Positions 20,022 to 29,542 of a DNA stretch of 64,000 nucleotides are shown one piece after another. Positions within the stretch are counted from its first letter, which is position 1. Each line of letters starts with the position of its first letter. A program made the position numbers and the translations under genes. Source of the DNA: Candidatus Entotheonellaceae bacterium (GTDB lineage: Bacteria > Tectomicrobia > Entotheonellia > Entotheonellales > Entotheonellaceae); the NCBI GenBank assembly GCA_965238075.1, contig OZ250173.1, positions 736,001 through 800,000 on the forward strand, written 5' to 3'. The notes under the pieces were generated by a model. That model ran no database searches and was not told the origin of the DNA. It saw only the letters and a list, made by a program, of their open reading frames with translations.

Positions 20022-21230
20022 ATGTTAAGACCACTCTATGCAGCGTTGGGTGTTCTCACGGTTGGTTTCGTCATGTTGGCGACCAGCAGCGCGTATGGGC
20101 AGGTGCACTCGCGGGTGCACCCGGTTCCAGCGGTGCTTAAACAGATCATCGCCAGCTTTGACAACCCGGAAGGCTCCATCTTCAGTGCGGATGGACGTTT
20201 CGTATTCATTACCAGCGCCGCTGAGCTTGGCCCCAGCCGCTCGGACGGCTTTGGGTGGGGCGAGGGCGAATCCTACATCAGCAAGCTCGAAGTTCTGGCG
20301 TCGGGCGAGTTGAAGATGGTGAATGACAAACTCATCACCGGCTTGACCGGAGGTGTGGGAATGGGCGTTCTGCCGGTGGATACGGCGACGTTTCCCGCCG
20401 GAACGATTTTTGCCTGTTTGCCCCACGCGCCGTTGCGAGATGGCGATGGACAGGTGATCACGGACCGCAATCGGATGCGCTCGAAACTCCTCGCCTTCAA
20501 CACCGACGGGCAGACGCTCGGTGAGATTGATATGGGACACGGATCGCTCTTCGAGGAGATCAACGGCAGTCCTGTCCTCATTCCCAATGCCATTGGGTTC
20601 GATGCCAGCGGCAATCTCTTTGTAACCGATACCGCGTTGGCCGGTGGTCAGTTTGAACCGCCCTTTGAAGATAAAGGCGGCGTCTGGATGATTCCCGTCG
20701 GCGCTATAGACGATCTCGCCGCCGGCAAGCGCCCGGCGCAACCACCGATTTTCCTGCCGGTTCCCGGCAAACCGGACGGGGTCGAAGTCTCTCATCTGGA
20801 CGGCAAGGTGTATATAAACACGGTAGGCCTGGCGGCTGGAGCCCCGGATCCGATTGGCGGCGGCATCTATGCCCTGACCATGAGCAACTTCGAGACCGGC
20901 GATCTGCCGCCTCCGATTGATCGCGACCTGGGCGCGTTGGACGGTCTGGTTTTCACGCGCGGCGGCACGATGCTCAACACGCAGATCCGCGCTGGTTTCC
21001 CGAGTTACCTCACGGTGAACTGCCCCGGGAAAATCGCGACCGTGCTGGCAATCGAGCCCGGCGGGAGTGCCGCGGATCTGAGCGGGCCGGCCGATATCGC
21101 CATACGTCAATTGCCTGACGGCAGTCACCTGGTCGTCATTCCGGAACTCATGGCTCGTGATGATACGCCGGGAGATGACGAGGTCACGGTCGTGTTGTTG
21201 CCGCCCGATTTTGATGCGGCCTGTGAATAA
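20022..21230 (+). CDS. Secreted beta-propeller protein (SMP-30/gluconolactonase-like)
   Basis: Signal peptide ending SAYG; blade motifs NPEGSIFS.DG, PNAIGFDASGNLFVTDT, PDGVEV, LDGLVF, GPADIA; GGGAGA RBS. Confidence 0.7.
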   Translation: MLRPLYAALGVLTVGFVMLATSSAYGQVHSRVHPVPAVLKQIIASFDNPEGSIFSADGRFVFITSAAELGPSRSDGFGWGEGESYISKLEVLASGELKMVNDKLITGLTGGVGMGVLPVDTATFPAGTIFACLPHAPLRDGDGQVITDRNRMRSKLLAFNTDGQTLGEIDMGHGSLFEEINGSPVLIPNAIGFDASGNLFVTDTALAGGQFEPPFEDKGGVWMIPVGAIDDLAAGKRPAQPPIFLPVPGKPDGVEVSHLDGKVYINTVGLAAGAPDPIGGGIYALTMSNFETGDLPPPIDRDLGALDGLVFTRGGTMLNTQIRAGFPSYLTVNCPGKIATVLAIEPGGSAADLSGPADIAIRQLPDGSHLVVIPELMARDDTPGDDEVTVVLLPPDFDAACE

Positions 21231-21328
21231 GTAGAACGACAAGGGTAGCTCATTGCCGGAAACCGGACGTCAGGGATCAGGGTCCAAGGCAAGAGCTGCC
21301 CAACCTCTCCCCTGGGGACAGACAGATC

Positions 21329-21723
21329 GTGGCAACCACCCTGCTGCTGTCGAAAATCCTCGGACCCCTGCTGCTGCTGCGCGGCGTCTCAATCCTCATC
21401 GACCGTCGCCACCTCGTCGCCATGCTTGACGGGTTGGAAAAGGAGGCGACCTCCGTTGCCTTTTCGGTTTTTCCAACCATTTTGATCATGGCGAGTATCG
21501 CCCTGGCAGTGACCCACTCGGACACGTCGAATCCCGCAGCCACATCCTCCACGCCATCGCCTGGATCGGCATCCTGAAAGGGGCGGTGTTGGTCCTCTGG
21601 CCCAAGACGGTGCTTGCCAAAGCCCGTCTCGTTGGCGAGGCCGGCTTTCTACACGTCGTCTGGGTCGTTTGTACCGGGCTGGGTGCGTATTTCACCTGGT
21701 TCGGGTATTTCCGCGCGCCTTGA
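21329..21723 (+). pseudogene. Small 4-TM membrane protein, frameshifted
   Basis: MATTLLLSKILGP... continues after a shift near 21542 as ILHAIAWIGILKGAVLVLWP...GLGAYFTWFGYFRAP*. Confidence 0.65.
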
Positions 21724-21804
21724 CGGAGAGCATCCGGTCCCTTAACGCCGCCCCATGTCACCTTTGCCCACGCCGCTGACGCTTCCGACACATCGGCCAC
21801 CTCG

Positions 21805-22710
21805 TCATCCTGTGCCAGCATCAGAAACATGGGGAGCCGCGCTTCCGTATTGATGCACCAGGGGCATGCCCGGATGCGGCGTCCGAAAGCTGGGCAGCGC
21901 GGTGCCTTCGAGGTTGCCTACGTAGGCCGTGCACAGATCGTCGCCGCCGAAACAGAGATTGCTGGGGCGCGGCAGGATGGTGCCGGAGGGGTCGTCCACC
22001 AGGATGTGCCAGTCCGCCTCCGGTGTCAGCACGCCGATGGCGTTGCGGAACGGCATGGTGACCCACAGGTTGCCGGCCTGATCGAAGGAGCAGCCGTCGG
22101 GGTAGGAATTCTCGCCCAGGTGCGGACCGAACTGCTCGCGCGCGCCCAGGGTGCCGTCGGCGCGCACCGGAAAGCGCATGATGCGGATGGTCGAGGTCTC
22201 GGCGATGTAGAGGTATTCCTCCGCGGCGTCGAGGGTGAGGCCGTTAGCGAAATACACCTCGGAGGCGGCGAGGCGCGGCTTGCCGTCCTCGATCACTGCG
22301 ATGGCGCCGTCGGGCCGCGGCTCCCATATCGCGGGCCGGCGCGGCTCCGCGTCGGTGGAGTGGGACACCCAGATGCGGCCCTTGCTGTCGACGAACGGGA
22401 AATTAGGCGCCTTCAGGGCGCGGCCGTCGGCGTGCGTCGCCAGCAGTTCGTGCCGGCCATCGGGGTGCAGCCGCTGCACCTGACCGTTGCCGATGTTGGC
22501 CACGATGATATCGCCCGTGGTGTCGATGCAAATGCCGTTTGGCATACCCTGCAAATCCCCCACCAAGGTATGCTCGCCGTCGGGCGTGATGCGAGCGCAG
22601 CCACCGCGCTCGTCAGCCGCCCAAACGGTGCCGTCGCGGGCCACCATGGCGCCTTCCGGGCGGTGCAGATCGTGACTGAATTGGGTGATGTCCGACAGCG
22701 CGAGTTGCAT
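21805..22710 (-). CDS. SMP-30/gluconolactonase/LRE family protein
   Basis: RPEG, PNGI, PNF, FANGL, PDGCSFDQAGNLWV, SNLCFGGDDL. Confidence 0.92.
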   Translation of the reverse strand: MQLALSDITQFSHDLHRPEGAMVARDGTVWAADERGGCARITPDGEHTLVGDLQGMPNGICIDTTGDIIVANIGNGQVQRLHPDGRHELLATHADGRALKAPNFPFVDSKGRIWVSHSTDAEPRRPAIWEPRPDGAIAVIEDGKPRLAASEVYFANGLTLDAAEEYLYIAETSTIRIMRFPVRADGTLGAREQFGPHLGENSYPDGCSFDQAGNLWVTMPFRNAIGVLTPEADWHILVDDPSGTILPRPSNLCFGGDDLCTAYVGNLEGTALPSFRTPHPGMPLVHQYGSAAPHVSDAGTG

Positions 22711-22916
22711 GCGATTCCTCCGGGTAGGGGTGCGTCAGATGCTGGTTTGAAGGGCCGCCACTATAGCGGACGGCCTTGGACGGTACAAGCCGCGGGCTGT
22801 CTTGACATCCCCATCGCCGCCGTCGCATGATGCCTCGCCGGGGGCTCTTCCCCGCACGCCTGCAATACCCTCGACACCCTGCCGTATGGCCACATTACGA
22901 AACGATCGGAGACGCG

Positions 22917-23945
22917 ATGCAATATACGAAGCTCGGGCGCACCGGCATGACGGTGTCGCGAATCTGTCTTGGATGCATGAGTTACGGTGGCGGCGAGCAG
23001 CCCGCCTGGGCGCGGCCGCGCGACTGGGCCTTGAGCAAGGAGGAAGCCCGCGAGCACTTTGCCGTGGCGCTGGAGGCCGGCGTTACCTTTTTCGACACTG
23101 CCGACGTGTACTCGGTGGGTCTGAGCGAGACCATTACGGGCCATTGGCTGGGCGAGATGGCGGAGCGCGACGACATCGTGGTCGCCACCAAGGTGAACGG
23201 CGCCTTGGGACCGGGCCCCAACCGCCGCGGCCTGAGCCGCAAGCACATCATCGAGGCGTGCGAGAACTCGCTGCGCCGGCTCAATATGGACTACATCGAC
23301 CTCTACCAGATCCATCGATGGGACCCGACCACTCCGATCGAGGAAACGCTCGATGCACTCGACTCGCTGGTGCGCTCCGGCAAGGTGCGGTATCTGGGCG
23401 CCAGCAGCATGGCGGCGTGGCAGTTTTCCCAGGCGTTGTACGTGGCGCGCGAGCACGGCTGGCACCGCTTTGTGGCCATGCAGAACCATTACAACCTGAT
23501 CTACCGCGAGGAAGAGCGGGAGATGATCCCGCTGTGTATGGATCAGGGGGTGGGGCTCATTCCGTGGAGTCCGCTGGCGCGAGGATTCTTCGCTGGCAAC
23601 CGTCAGGGCGAAGACGAGGCATCGTCCACCAAACGGGCGCAGACCGATGCGTATGCGCAGCAGATGTACTTCCGGGACAACGATTTCAAGATCGCCGCCG
23701 CCGTGCAGCAGGTCGCCCGGCAGCGCGGGGTGACGCCGACCCAGATCGCCTGTGCCTGGATTCTACAGGCGCCGGGCGTCACCGCACCGATCATCGGCGC
23801 CACCAAGCTTCATCACCTCAAGGAGACCTTTGCCGCCGTCGATATCACGCTCAGCACCGAGGAAGTGGCGGCACTCGAGGAACCCTACCAACCCCATCCC
23901 ATTCTCGGCCACGAGCAGCCCAAACCGGCGGACATGGCCGGATAA
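22917..23945 (+). CDS. Aldo/keto reductase
   Basis: SRICLGCM, FFDTADVY, ATKV, DYIDLYQIHR, PWSPLARG, PIIGATK. Confidence 0.96.
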   Translation: MQYTKLGRTGMTVSRICLGCMSYGGGEQPAWARPRDWALSKEEAREHFAVALEAGVTFFDTADVYSVGLSETITGHWLGEMAERDDIVVATKVNGALGPGPNRRGLSRKHIIEACENSLRRLNMDYIDLYQIHRWDPTTPIEETLDALDSLVRSGKVRYLGASSMAAWQFSQALYVAREHGWHRFVAMQNHYNLIYREEEREMIPLCMDQGVGLIPWSPLARGFFAGNRQGEDEASSTKRAQTDAYAQQMYFRDNDFKIAAAVQQVARQRGVTPTQIACAWILQAPGVTAPIIGATKLHHLKETFAAVDITLSTEEVAALEEPYQPHPILGHEQPKPADMAG

Positions 23946-23956
23946 CACGCGACTTC

Positions 23957-24403
23957 TCAGCCGTAGCGGGGATGCCAGGAACCGCTCCAAGTGGTCATTT
24001 TGCTCGGTGTCAGCTTCAACAGGTAACGGGGCTTGCCGAGCGTGCCGCGCAGGTAGGTAAGCCCCGCCTCGCCGCCGTAGCGTTGGGCCATTTCGGTGGC
24101 GATCTCCAACATTTGACCCTCCATCTTGACCGGCCCGGCCACGACTTCGATGTTGCCTTCGATCAGCACGCGGGGGTGCGCCGGGTCAACGTCGTCGGCG
24201 CAAGAGACGGCAACCCGCGCCTCGTGCCGGATGTGGGCGACGAAGCGGGATTTTTCGCGCGGAATGACGTACATCGACGTGCCGTCCCAGTACTGCCACA
24301 CCGGCACCACGTACGGCGCACCGTCGGGCTTCACGGTTGCCAGACGGGCGTTGATCGGGCCCGCCAGCAAGGCGTCGATCTGGGATTTGCTCAACGGCGG
24401 CAT
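23957..24403 (-). CDS. Pyridoxamine 5'-phosphate oxidase-like (PPOX/F420-dependent class) protein
   Basis: ARLATVKPDGAPYVVPVW, RV.IEG, TTW. Confidence 0.85.
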   Translation of the reverse strand: MPPLSKSQIDALLAGPINARLATVKPDGAPYVVPVWQYWDGTSMYVIPREKSRFVAHIRHEARVAVSCADDVDPAHPRVLIEGNIEVVAGPVKMEGQMLEIATEMAQRYGGEAGLTYLRGTLGKPRYLLKLTPSKMTTWSGSWHPRYG

Positions 24404-24418
24404 GGTGTGCTCCTCAGA

Positions 24419-25345
24419 TCATACGAATACGACGTGGCCTTCGGCCCACGCCTTGATGAGGTGATGGGCGATGGCGATGGGCGCCGGGACGCGCAGGTCT
24501 GGGTTTTCGTCGCGCAGCCCCGCCAGCACCACGTCGCGGCTGAACCAGCGCACGTCCGTCATTTCCTCGTCGTCGATGTGGATGTCCGTGCTCAGCGCCC
24601 GCCCGTGGCAGCCGATCATCAACGACGCCGGAAACGGCCACGGCTGCGACGAATGGTAGCGCACCTCGCCGACCTCGACCCCCGCCTCTTCCTTCACCTC
24701 GCGTCGTACCGCTTCTTCGATCGACTCGCCCTGGTTCATGAATCCGGCCAAGGCGGAATACATGCCGGTGCGCGACAAGCGGCCGCGGCTCTGGCCCAAC
24801 AGGCAGCGGTCGCCATCGGCCACCAGCATGATGGCAACGGGGTCGGTGCGGGGAAAATGCTCGGCCTTGCAGGCGGGGCACTTGCGCACGATGCCGCCGC
24901 GGCCCTGCGCCGTGCGCCCGCCGCACACGCCGCAGAACCGGTGGCGCTGGTGCCAGTCGATCTGGGAGCGGCTCTGCGCCACGATGCCCGCGTCGGGGCC
25001 GCACAGTTGGGTGGCCGCCGTGCGGGCGTCTTCAAAGCGCCAGCCACCCACCAAGCCCAAGTCGGTAAGTGGCTCTTCCAGAACCGATACGTCGATGGCA
25101 AAGTGCGCCACACCATCCCGCAGGCCGAGAAAAACGGGCGGCACGCCGTTTATGCACGACGCCAGCGCCTCAGGCCCCAGCCAGCCGAGCCGCGTGTCCG
25201 CATCGTCCCGGATCAAGATGTTGAGTTGCCACAATGGCAAAAACCGGCTGCCAGGGTTTCCGGCCTGTTCGTCCAACCATCGCTCATCGCGGCGCTGCAC
25301 GTCGCCGTGGTCGAGCGGGTTACCAGCAAACACGTGTGGGTTCAT
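24419..25345 (-). CDS. nudC: NAD(+) diphosphatase
   Basis: FCGVCG..CPAC, FPRTDP, Nudix box, SQPWPFP signature. Confidence 0.96.
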   Translation of the reverse strand: MNPHVFAGNPLDHGDVQRRDERWLDEQAGNPGSRFLPLWQLNILIRDDADTRLGWLGPEALASCINGVPPVFLGLRDGVAHFAIDVSVLEEPLTDLGLVGGWRFEDARTAATQLCGPDAGIVAQSRSQIDWHQRHRFCGVCGGRTAQGRGGIVRKCPACKAEHFPRTDPVAIMLVADGDRCLLGQSRGRLSRTGMYSALAGFMNQGESIEEAVRREVKEEAGVEVGEVRYHSSQPWPFPASLMIGCHGRALSTDIHIDDEEMTDVRWFSRDVVLAGLRDENPDLRVPAPIAIAHHLIKAWAEGHVVFV

Positions 25346-25510
25346 GTTCTTCGTTCCGGTTGACAGGTGACGATGTTGAATGGATAAGGCGGCTCGTCGG
25401 CCACCGCTACAACTGATGTAGATTTGTCAGCATACCACTTTGTCAGGCTCAATATACAATGGCCAGACTCCCCCACCGTTCCTTCGGAGGCGACTGGTGT
25501 TGCGCCACAC

Positions 25511-25539
25511 TTGACGGCACCCCTTTAGCGTCATACCGT
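25511..25539 (+). promoter_or_regulatory. Sigma70-type promoter of higBA with overlapping inverted repeat (putative HigA operator)
   Basis: TTGACG (25511-16), 17 bp spacer, TACCGT (25534-39); TGACG...CGTCA inverted repeat; ATG begins after a 7-nt gap. Confidence 0.65.
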
Positions 25540-25546
25540 CACGGCC

Positions 25547-25838
25547 ATGAGGATTCAGAGTGTCAGGCACAAAGGACTCCGGCGCTTCATGAACGATGAT
25601 GACACGTCCGGTCTACCTCCTTCCCACATCGACAGAATCCGAAAAATGCTGGCATTTCTGCAGGATATGGGGCGTGAGGATGAACTACGCGCCGTTCCGG
25701 GCTGGCCGGCCGCATCGACTTACCGAAGAGCGTAGAGGGACGTGGGGCCTCTATGTGACACGGAACTGGCGGATCACCTTCCGCATCGACCGGACCGCGG
25801 GCACTATCACCGATCTCGATTTCGAGGACTACCATTGA
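25547..25838 (+). pseudogene. higB: HigB (RelE-superfamily) toxin, frameshifted
   Basis: MRIQSVRHKGLRRF...VPGW joins RPHRLT..RGTWGLYVTRNWRITFR..DFEDYH in another frame; shift at ggctggccggccg near 25705. Confidence 0.9.
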
Positions 25839-25849
25839 AGGAGGCCGAC

Positions 25850-26170
25850 ATGGCAGCGACGGGAAACTATAGGGTGAAAAACCCGCCTCATCCAGGAGGA
25901 TTCGTTAAGACCGAGATCATCGAACCTTTGGGGCTTACGGTTACAGCCGCCGCCACGCTTCTCGGCATCACCCGTACCACACTTTCGACCTTCCTGAACG
26001 GGCGCTCCGCACTGTCTCCAGAGATGGCTCTACGCATTGAAAAAGCTTTCGGTGTCAGCATGGATACGCTGATGCGCATGCAGACCAGCTACGATATCTC
26101 GCAGGCGCGTCTCAGGGAGTCGGATATCCGCATTGAGCGTTTCACCGGCGCACCTCTGCTCGAACCGTAG
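25850..26170 (+). CDS. higA: HigA antitoxin (XRE HTH)
   Basis: PPHPG, LSPEMALRIEKAFG, MQTSYD; AAGGAGG RBS. Confidence 0.95.
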   Translation: MAATGNYRVKNPPHPGGFVKTEIIEPLGLTVTAAATLLGITRTTLSTFLNGRSALSPEMALRIEKAFGVSMDTLMRMQTSYDISQARLRESDIRIERFTGAPLLEP

Positions 26171-26196
26171 GCCGAGTTATACGAGGGCGGACTCCC

Positions 26197-26421
26197 TCAC
26201 GACGCCTGCGGCGGCGTGCTCTCGATCAGGGGATAGCCAAGCTGGCGCAGCCGCTCGGCGGTCCGGCGCAGCCGCTCCGGATCGCTGATGGCCATGGTGG
26301 CTTCGGGGGGACCGAGCCACGTCTTGGTTTTGGGGGTGGCAAAGAGCCGTCCGATGATTTCCTGCGGCCCCCGGATGGTGCCGCCTTCGTAATCGACGTA
26401 AAGGGTTGGCTTGTCGGGCAT
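26197..26421 (-). CDS. Hypothetical protein (74 aa)
   Basis: AAAGGAG RBS before ATG; fills the gap; genome-like codon usage. Confidence 0.6.
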   Translation of the reverse strand: MPDKPTLYVDYEGGTIRGPQEIIGRLFATPKTKTWLGPPEATMAISDPERLRRTAERLRQLGYPLIESTPPQAS

Positions 26422-26570
26422 GAGAACTCCTTTCGGGATGGATTTTCAATGGACGCCAACGGCGCCGGGCCGGCTGCCGGCGCCACCCCGTACCGGCTGC
26501 CATTATCCGATATAATGCCCCGCTTAATAACCATTGCGCGCAGATATTACCAACCGTAAAGGGGCCACTG

Positions 26571-27752
26571 ATGAAACTGTCGGGCTACGAAACCCTGCAC
26601 TGCGACGCCGGATGGCGGACGTTCTCGTTCTTGAAACTGACCACGGATGCGGGTCTGCACGGCATTTCCGAGTACAACGAGAGCTACGGCAGCCCCGGCC
26701 TCAGCGGCGTGATCGAGAATCTGGCACAACGCCTCATCGGCAGCGACCCGCGCGCGCACGAACTCCTCAGCCAGCGTCTCTACGCCATCACCCGGCAGGC
26801 CTGCGGGGGCATGACGCAGCAGGCGATTGCGGCTATCGAGAACGCCCTGCTCGACATCAAGGGCAAGGCCCTGGGCGTGCCGGTGTACGAGCTGCTCGGC
26901 GGCGCGGTTCGGGACCGCTTGCCACTGTATTGGTCGCACTGCGGCACCTACCGCATGGCCGCCAACTCGGCGCAGGTCATGGGCAAGCCGAAGCTCGAAC
27001 GCGTCGAGGACCTTGTGGCCCTCGGTCAGGAAGTCCGCGAGCGCGGCTTCAAGGCCCTGAAGACCAACATCTTCCTGTTTGACAGTGAGCCGCGCCTGCA
27101 CATGCCGGGCTTTGGTGGCACGCCAGGATGGCCGTCGCTGAACGCCGAGCGCTCCGTCATCGATGCTCTGCGCGCCCAACTGGAGGCGCTGCGCGCCGGT
27201 GCGGGTCCCGACGTCGGCATCCTGCTCGACCTCAATTTCAACTTCAAGACCGAGGGCTACCTGCAGGTGACGCGCGCGCTCGACGACCTCGGCCTCTTCT
27301 GGTTCGAGCTGGACATCTACGATCCCGCGGCGCTGCGGCGCATTCGCGACGCCCTGAAGACACCGGTCGCCTCCTGCGAGTCGCTGTTTGGTCTGCGCGG
27401 CTTCAAACCCTATTTCGAGCATTACGCCATGGACGTGGCCATCATCGACGTGCCGTGGAACGGCATCTGGCAGTCGCTGAAAATCGCCGCCATGGCCGAG
27501 GCGTACGAGGTCAACGTGGCGCCGCACAACTTCTACGGCCACCTTTCGACTCTGATGAGCGCGCACCTGTGCGCCGCCGTTCCCAACTTCCGGATCATGG
27601 AAATCGACATCGACGACGTGCCGTGGAAAGACGACATCGTGACGGTCGTGCCGGAAATCGAGAACGGGCAACTGCGGGTGCCCAGCGGCCCCGGCTGGGG
27701 CACCGATCTGAACGAGGCGGCCATTCGGGCCCATCCCCCTTTATCACGTTAA
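26571..27752 (+). CDS. Mandelate racemase/muconate lactonizing enzyme family (acid-sugar dehydratase-like)
   Basis: ALLDIKGKALGVPVYELLGG, GFKALK, VAPHN, IMEID, GPGWG. Confidence 0.93.
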   Translation: MKLSGYETLHCDAGWRTFSFLKLTTDAGLHGISEYNESYGSPGLSGVIENLAQRLIGSDPRAHELLSQRLYAITRQACGGMTQQAIAAIENALLDIKGKALGVPVYELLGGAVRDRLPLYWSHCGTYRMAANSAQVMGKPKLERVEDLVALGQEVRERGFKALKTNIFLFDSEPRLHMPGFGGTPGWPSLNAERSVIDALRAQLEALRAGAGPDVGILLDLNFNFKTEGYLQVTRALDDLGLFWFELDIYDPAALRRIRDALKTPVASCESLFGLRGFKPYFEHYAMDVAIIDVPWNGIWQSLKIAAMAEAYEVNVAPHNFYGHLSTLMSAHLCAAVPNFRIMEIDIDDVPWKDDIVTVVPEIENGQLRVPSGPGWGTDLNEAAIRAHPPLSR

Positions 27753-27775
27753 AGCGCCAGGAAGGAACCCAAGGC

Positions 27776-28966
27776 ATGACAAAACCGTTGGACGGAATCA
27801 AAGTGTTGGACCTGACACGGGTCCTTGCCGGACCCTATTGCACCATGCTGCTCGCCGACATGGGCGCCGACGTGGTGAAGGTGGAGCGCCCCGGCGCCGG
27901 GGACGACACCCGCGCCTACGGTCCGCCGTTTGTCAATGGCGAGAGCGCCTATTTCATGAGCGTGAACCGCAACAAGAGAAGCCTGACGCTGAACCTCAAG
28001 CACGCCGACGGGTTGAAGGTGCTGGAACGGCTGATCGCCACTGCGGACGTGCTGGTGGAGAATTTCCGGCCAGGCACCATGGAGTCGTTCGGTTATGAAT
28101 ACGAAAAGGCGCGCGAGGTCAACCCGCGCCTGATCTTCTGCTCCATCTCGGGCTTCGGCCACACCGGCCCGAAGGCCGCCCTGCCGGGGTACGACCTGAT
28201 CATCCAGGGCGAAGGCGGCGTCTCCAGCCTCACCGGCAGCCCGGACGGCCCGCCGTACAAGGTCGGCACCTCGCCGGGCGACGTGGTGGCCGGCATGATG
28301 GGCTTCCAGGGCATTCTGCTGTCGCTGTTGTCGCAGCAGCAAACCGGCTGCGGGCAGAAAATCGATATCGGCATGCTGGACTGCCAGGTGGCGTTGTTGA
28401 CCTATCAGGCGGGCATCTACTTTGCCACCGGCGAGAGCCCGACGCGCATGGGAAATCAGCATCCCACCATCACGCCGTACGAGACGTATCTCTGTGAAGA
28501 CGGCTACATCAACCTGGCCTGCGGCAACGACGCCATGTGGCGGGCGTTCTGCGGCGCTCTGGGACGCACGGAGTGGACTGAAGACACCCGTTTTGCCACC
28601 AACGCCGACCGCGTGCGGCACCGTAAGCAATTGCAGGCGCTGCTCGAGCCGGTCATGCAGCAGAAAGCGACGCGCGAATGGATGGACACGCTGCAACGGC
28701 ACGGCATTCCGTGCGGCGTTATTCAGTCGGTCGGCGAGGTGTGCGAGGACCCGCAAGTTATGGCGCGCGACATGGTGGTCGAGTTGGAGCACCCAAAGGC
28801 TGGGCCGCTGCGGGTGACGGGGGTGCCAGTCAAGCTCTCCGAAACACCGGGGGCCGTGACCACGCCGCCGCCGCTGCTGGGGGAACACACCGAACGGGTG
28901 CTGTCCGAATGGTTGCACATGGACGCCGCGGAGGTTGAACGCCTGCGTGATGTCAAGGCTGTCTGA
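27776..28966 (+). CDS. Family III CoA-transferase (CaiB/BaiF, formyl-CoA transferase-like)
   Basis: LDLTRVLAGP, GDDTR, NRNKRS, ENFRPG, GYD, PLLGEHT. Confidence 0.95.
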   Translation: MTKPLDGIKVLDLTRVLAGPYCTMLLADMGADVVKVERPGAGDDTRAYGPPFVNGESAYFMSVNRNKRSLTLNLKHADGLKVLERLIATADVLVENFRPGTMESFGYEYEKAREVNPRLIFCSISGFGHTGPKAALPGYDLIIQGEGGVSSLTGSPDGPPYKVGTSPGDVVAGMMGFQGILLSLLSQQQTGCGQKIDIGMLDCQVALLTYQAGIYFATGESPTRMGNQHPTITPYETYLCEDGYINLACGNDAMWRAFCGALGRTEWTEDTRFATNADRVRHRKQLQALLEPVMQQKATREWMDTLQRHGIPCGVIQSVGEVCEDPQVMARDMVVELEHPKAGPLRVTGVPVKLSETPGAVTTPPPLLGEHTERVLSEWLHMDAAEVERLRDVKAV

Positions 28967-28985
28967 CACCGTCGCGACTCTCACC

Positions 28986-29065
28986 GTCACCGCGGCGAAA
29001 GCCGAGGTCCGGATAGGATTTTGTGACGCGGGAGGCCGCTGGATTCCAGCCTACGCCGGAATGAC
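28986..29065. repeat. CGTC-type REP doublet, copy 3
   Basis: gtcaccgcggcgaaagccgaggtcc ... ctggattccagcctacgccggaatgac. Confidence 0.85.
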
Positions 29066-29134
29066 CGATTCGGGGCATCGGATAGGCTATTTCACCAGCA
29101 GTTGCCAACAGACTTTCCCTTGGAGAACACAGGC

Positions 29135-29332
29135 ATGGCATATACCATCTGGCGGAAGCCGTACGGGAACGAGCAGTGGGTTTTCGATGGCATGCAGATC
29201 GACAGCGAGAAGCTCGCCGATCAAACCTTTTCCATGTACCACTTGGCACCGGGCGAGACCATTCAACTACGCGATCCGGACGGCTTCGTGATTGAAGAGC
29301 GCCGCGACGAATCACGGCCCTTCCCTGCTTAA
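29135..29332 (+). CDS. Hypothetical protein (65 aa)
   Basis: GGAG RBS; MAYTIWRKPYG... has globular-looking composition. Confidence 0.6.
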   Translation: MAYTIWRKPYGNEQWVFDGMQIDSEKLADQTFSMYHLAPGETIQLRDPDGFVIEERRDESRPFPA

Positions 29333-29505
29333 TCACCGCCTTCTTCAAGCCACCACGGGTAGGCAGGTTCCTCGTCGATCGTGACCGTCAAGCCATCGTG
29401 TGGACGCAGGCGTTGGATGGCCTCCCTGGCGATTTCCCGCTTGGCCTCGGTATCCACGACGATACGGGAATCCGGGGCGGCATTGCGGATTCGTTTTTCC
29501 AGCAT
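29329..29505 (-). CDS. Hypothetical protein (about 58 aa)
   Basis: MLEKRIRNAAPDSRIVVDTEAKREIA...; downstream of purM; start uncertain. Confidence 0.45.
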   Translation of the reverse strand: MLEKRIRNAAPDSRIVVDTEAKREIAREAIQRLRPHDGLTVTIDEEPAYPWWLEEGGD

Positions 29506-29542
29506 CTCAAGCCAAGTCGTAGAGTTGCCCCCCTGAAGCCGG

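Noticed and set aside
22802-25363. 853-aa Arg/Ala-rich ORF
   Set aside because: Off-frame overlap of the aldo/keto reductase, PPOX and nudC genes; composition is not protein-like.
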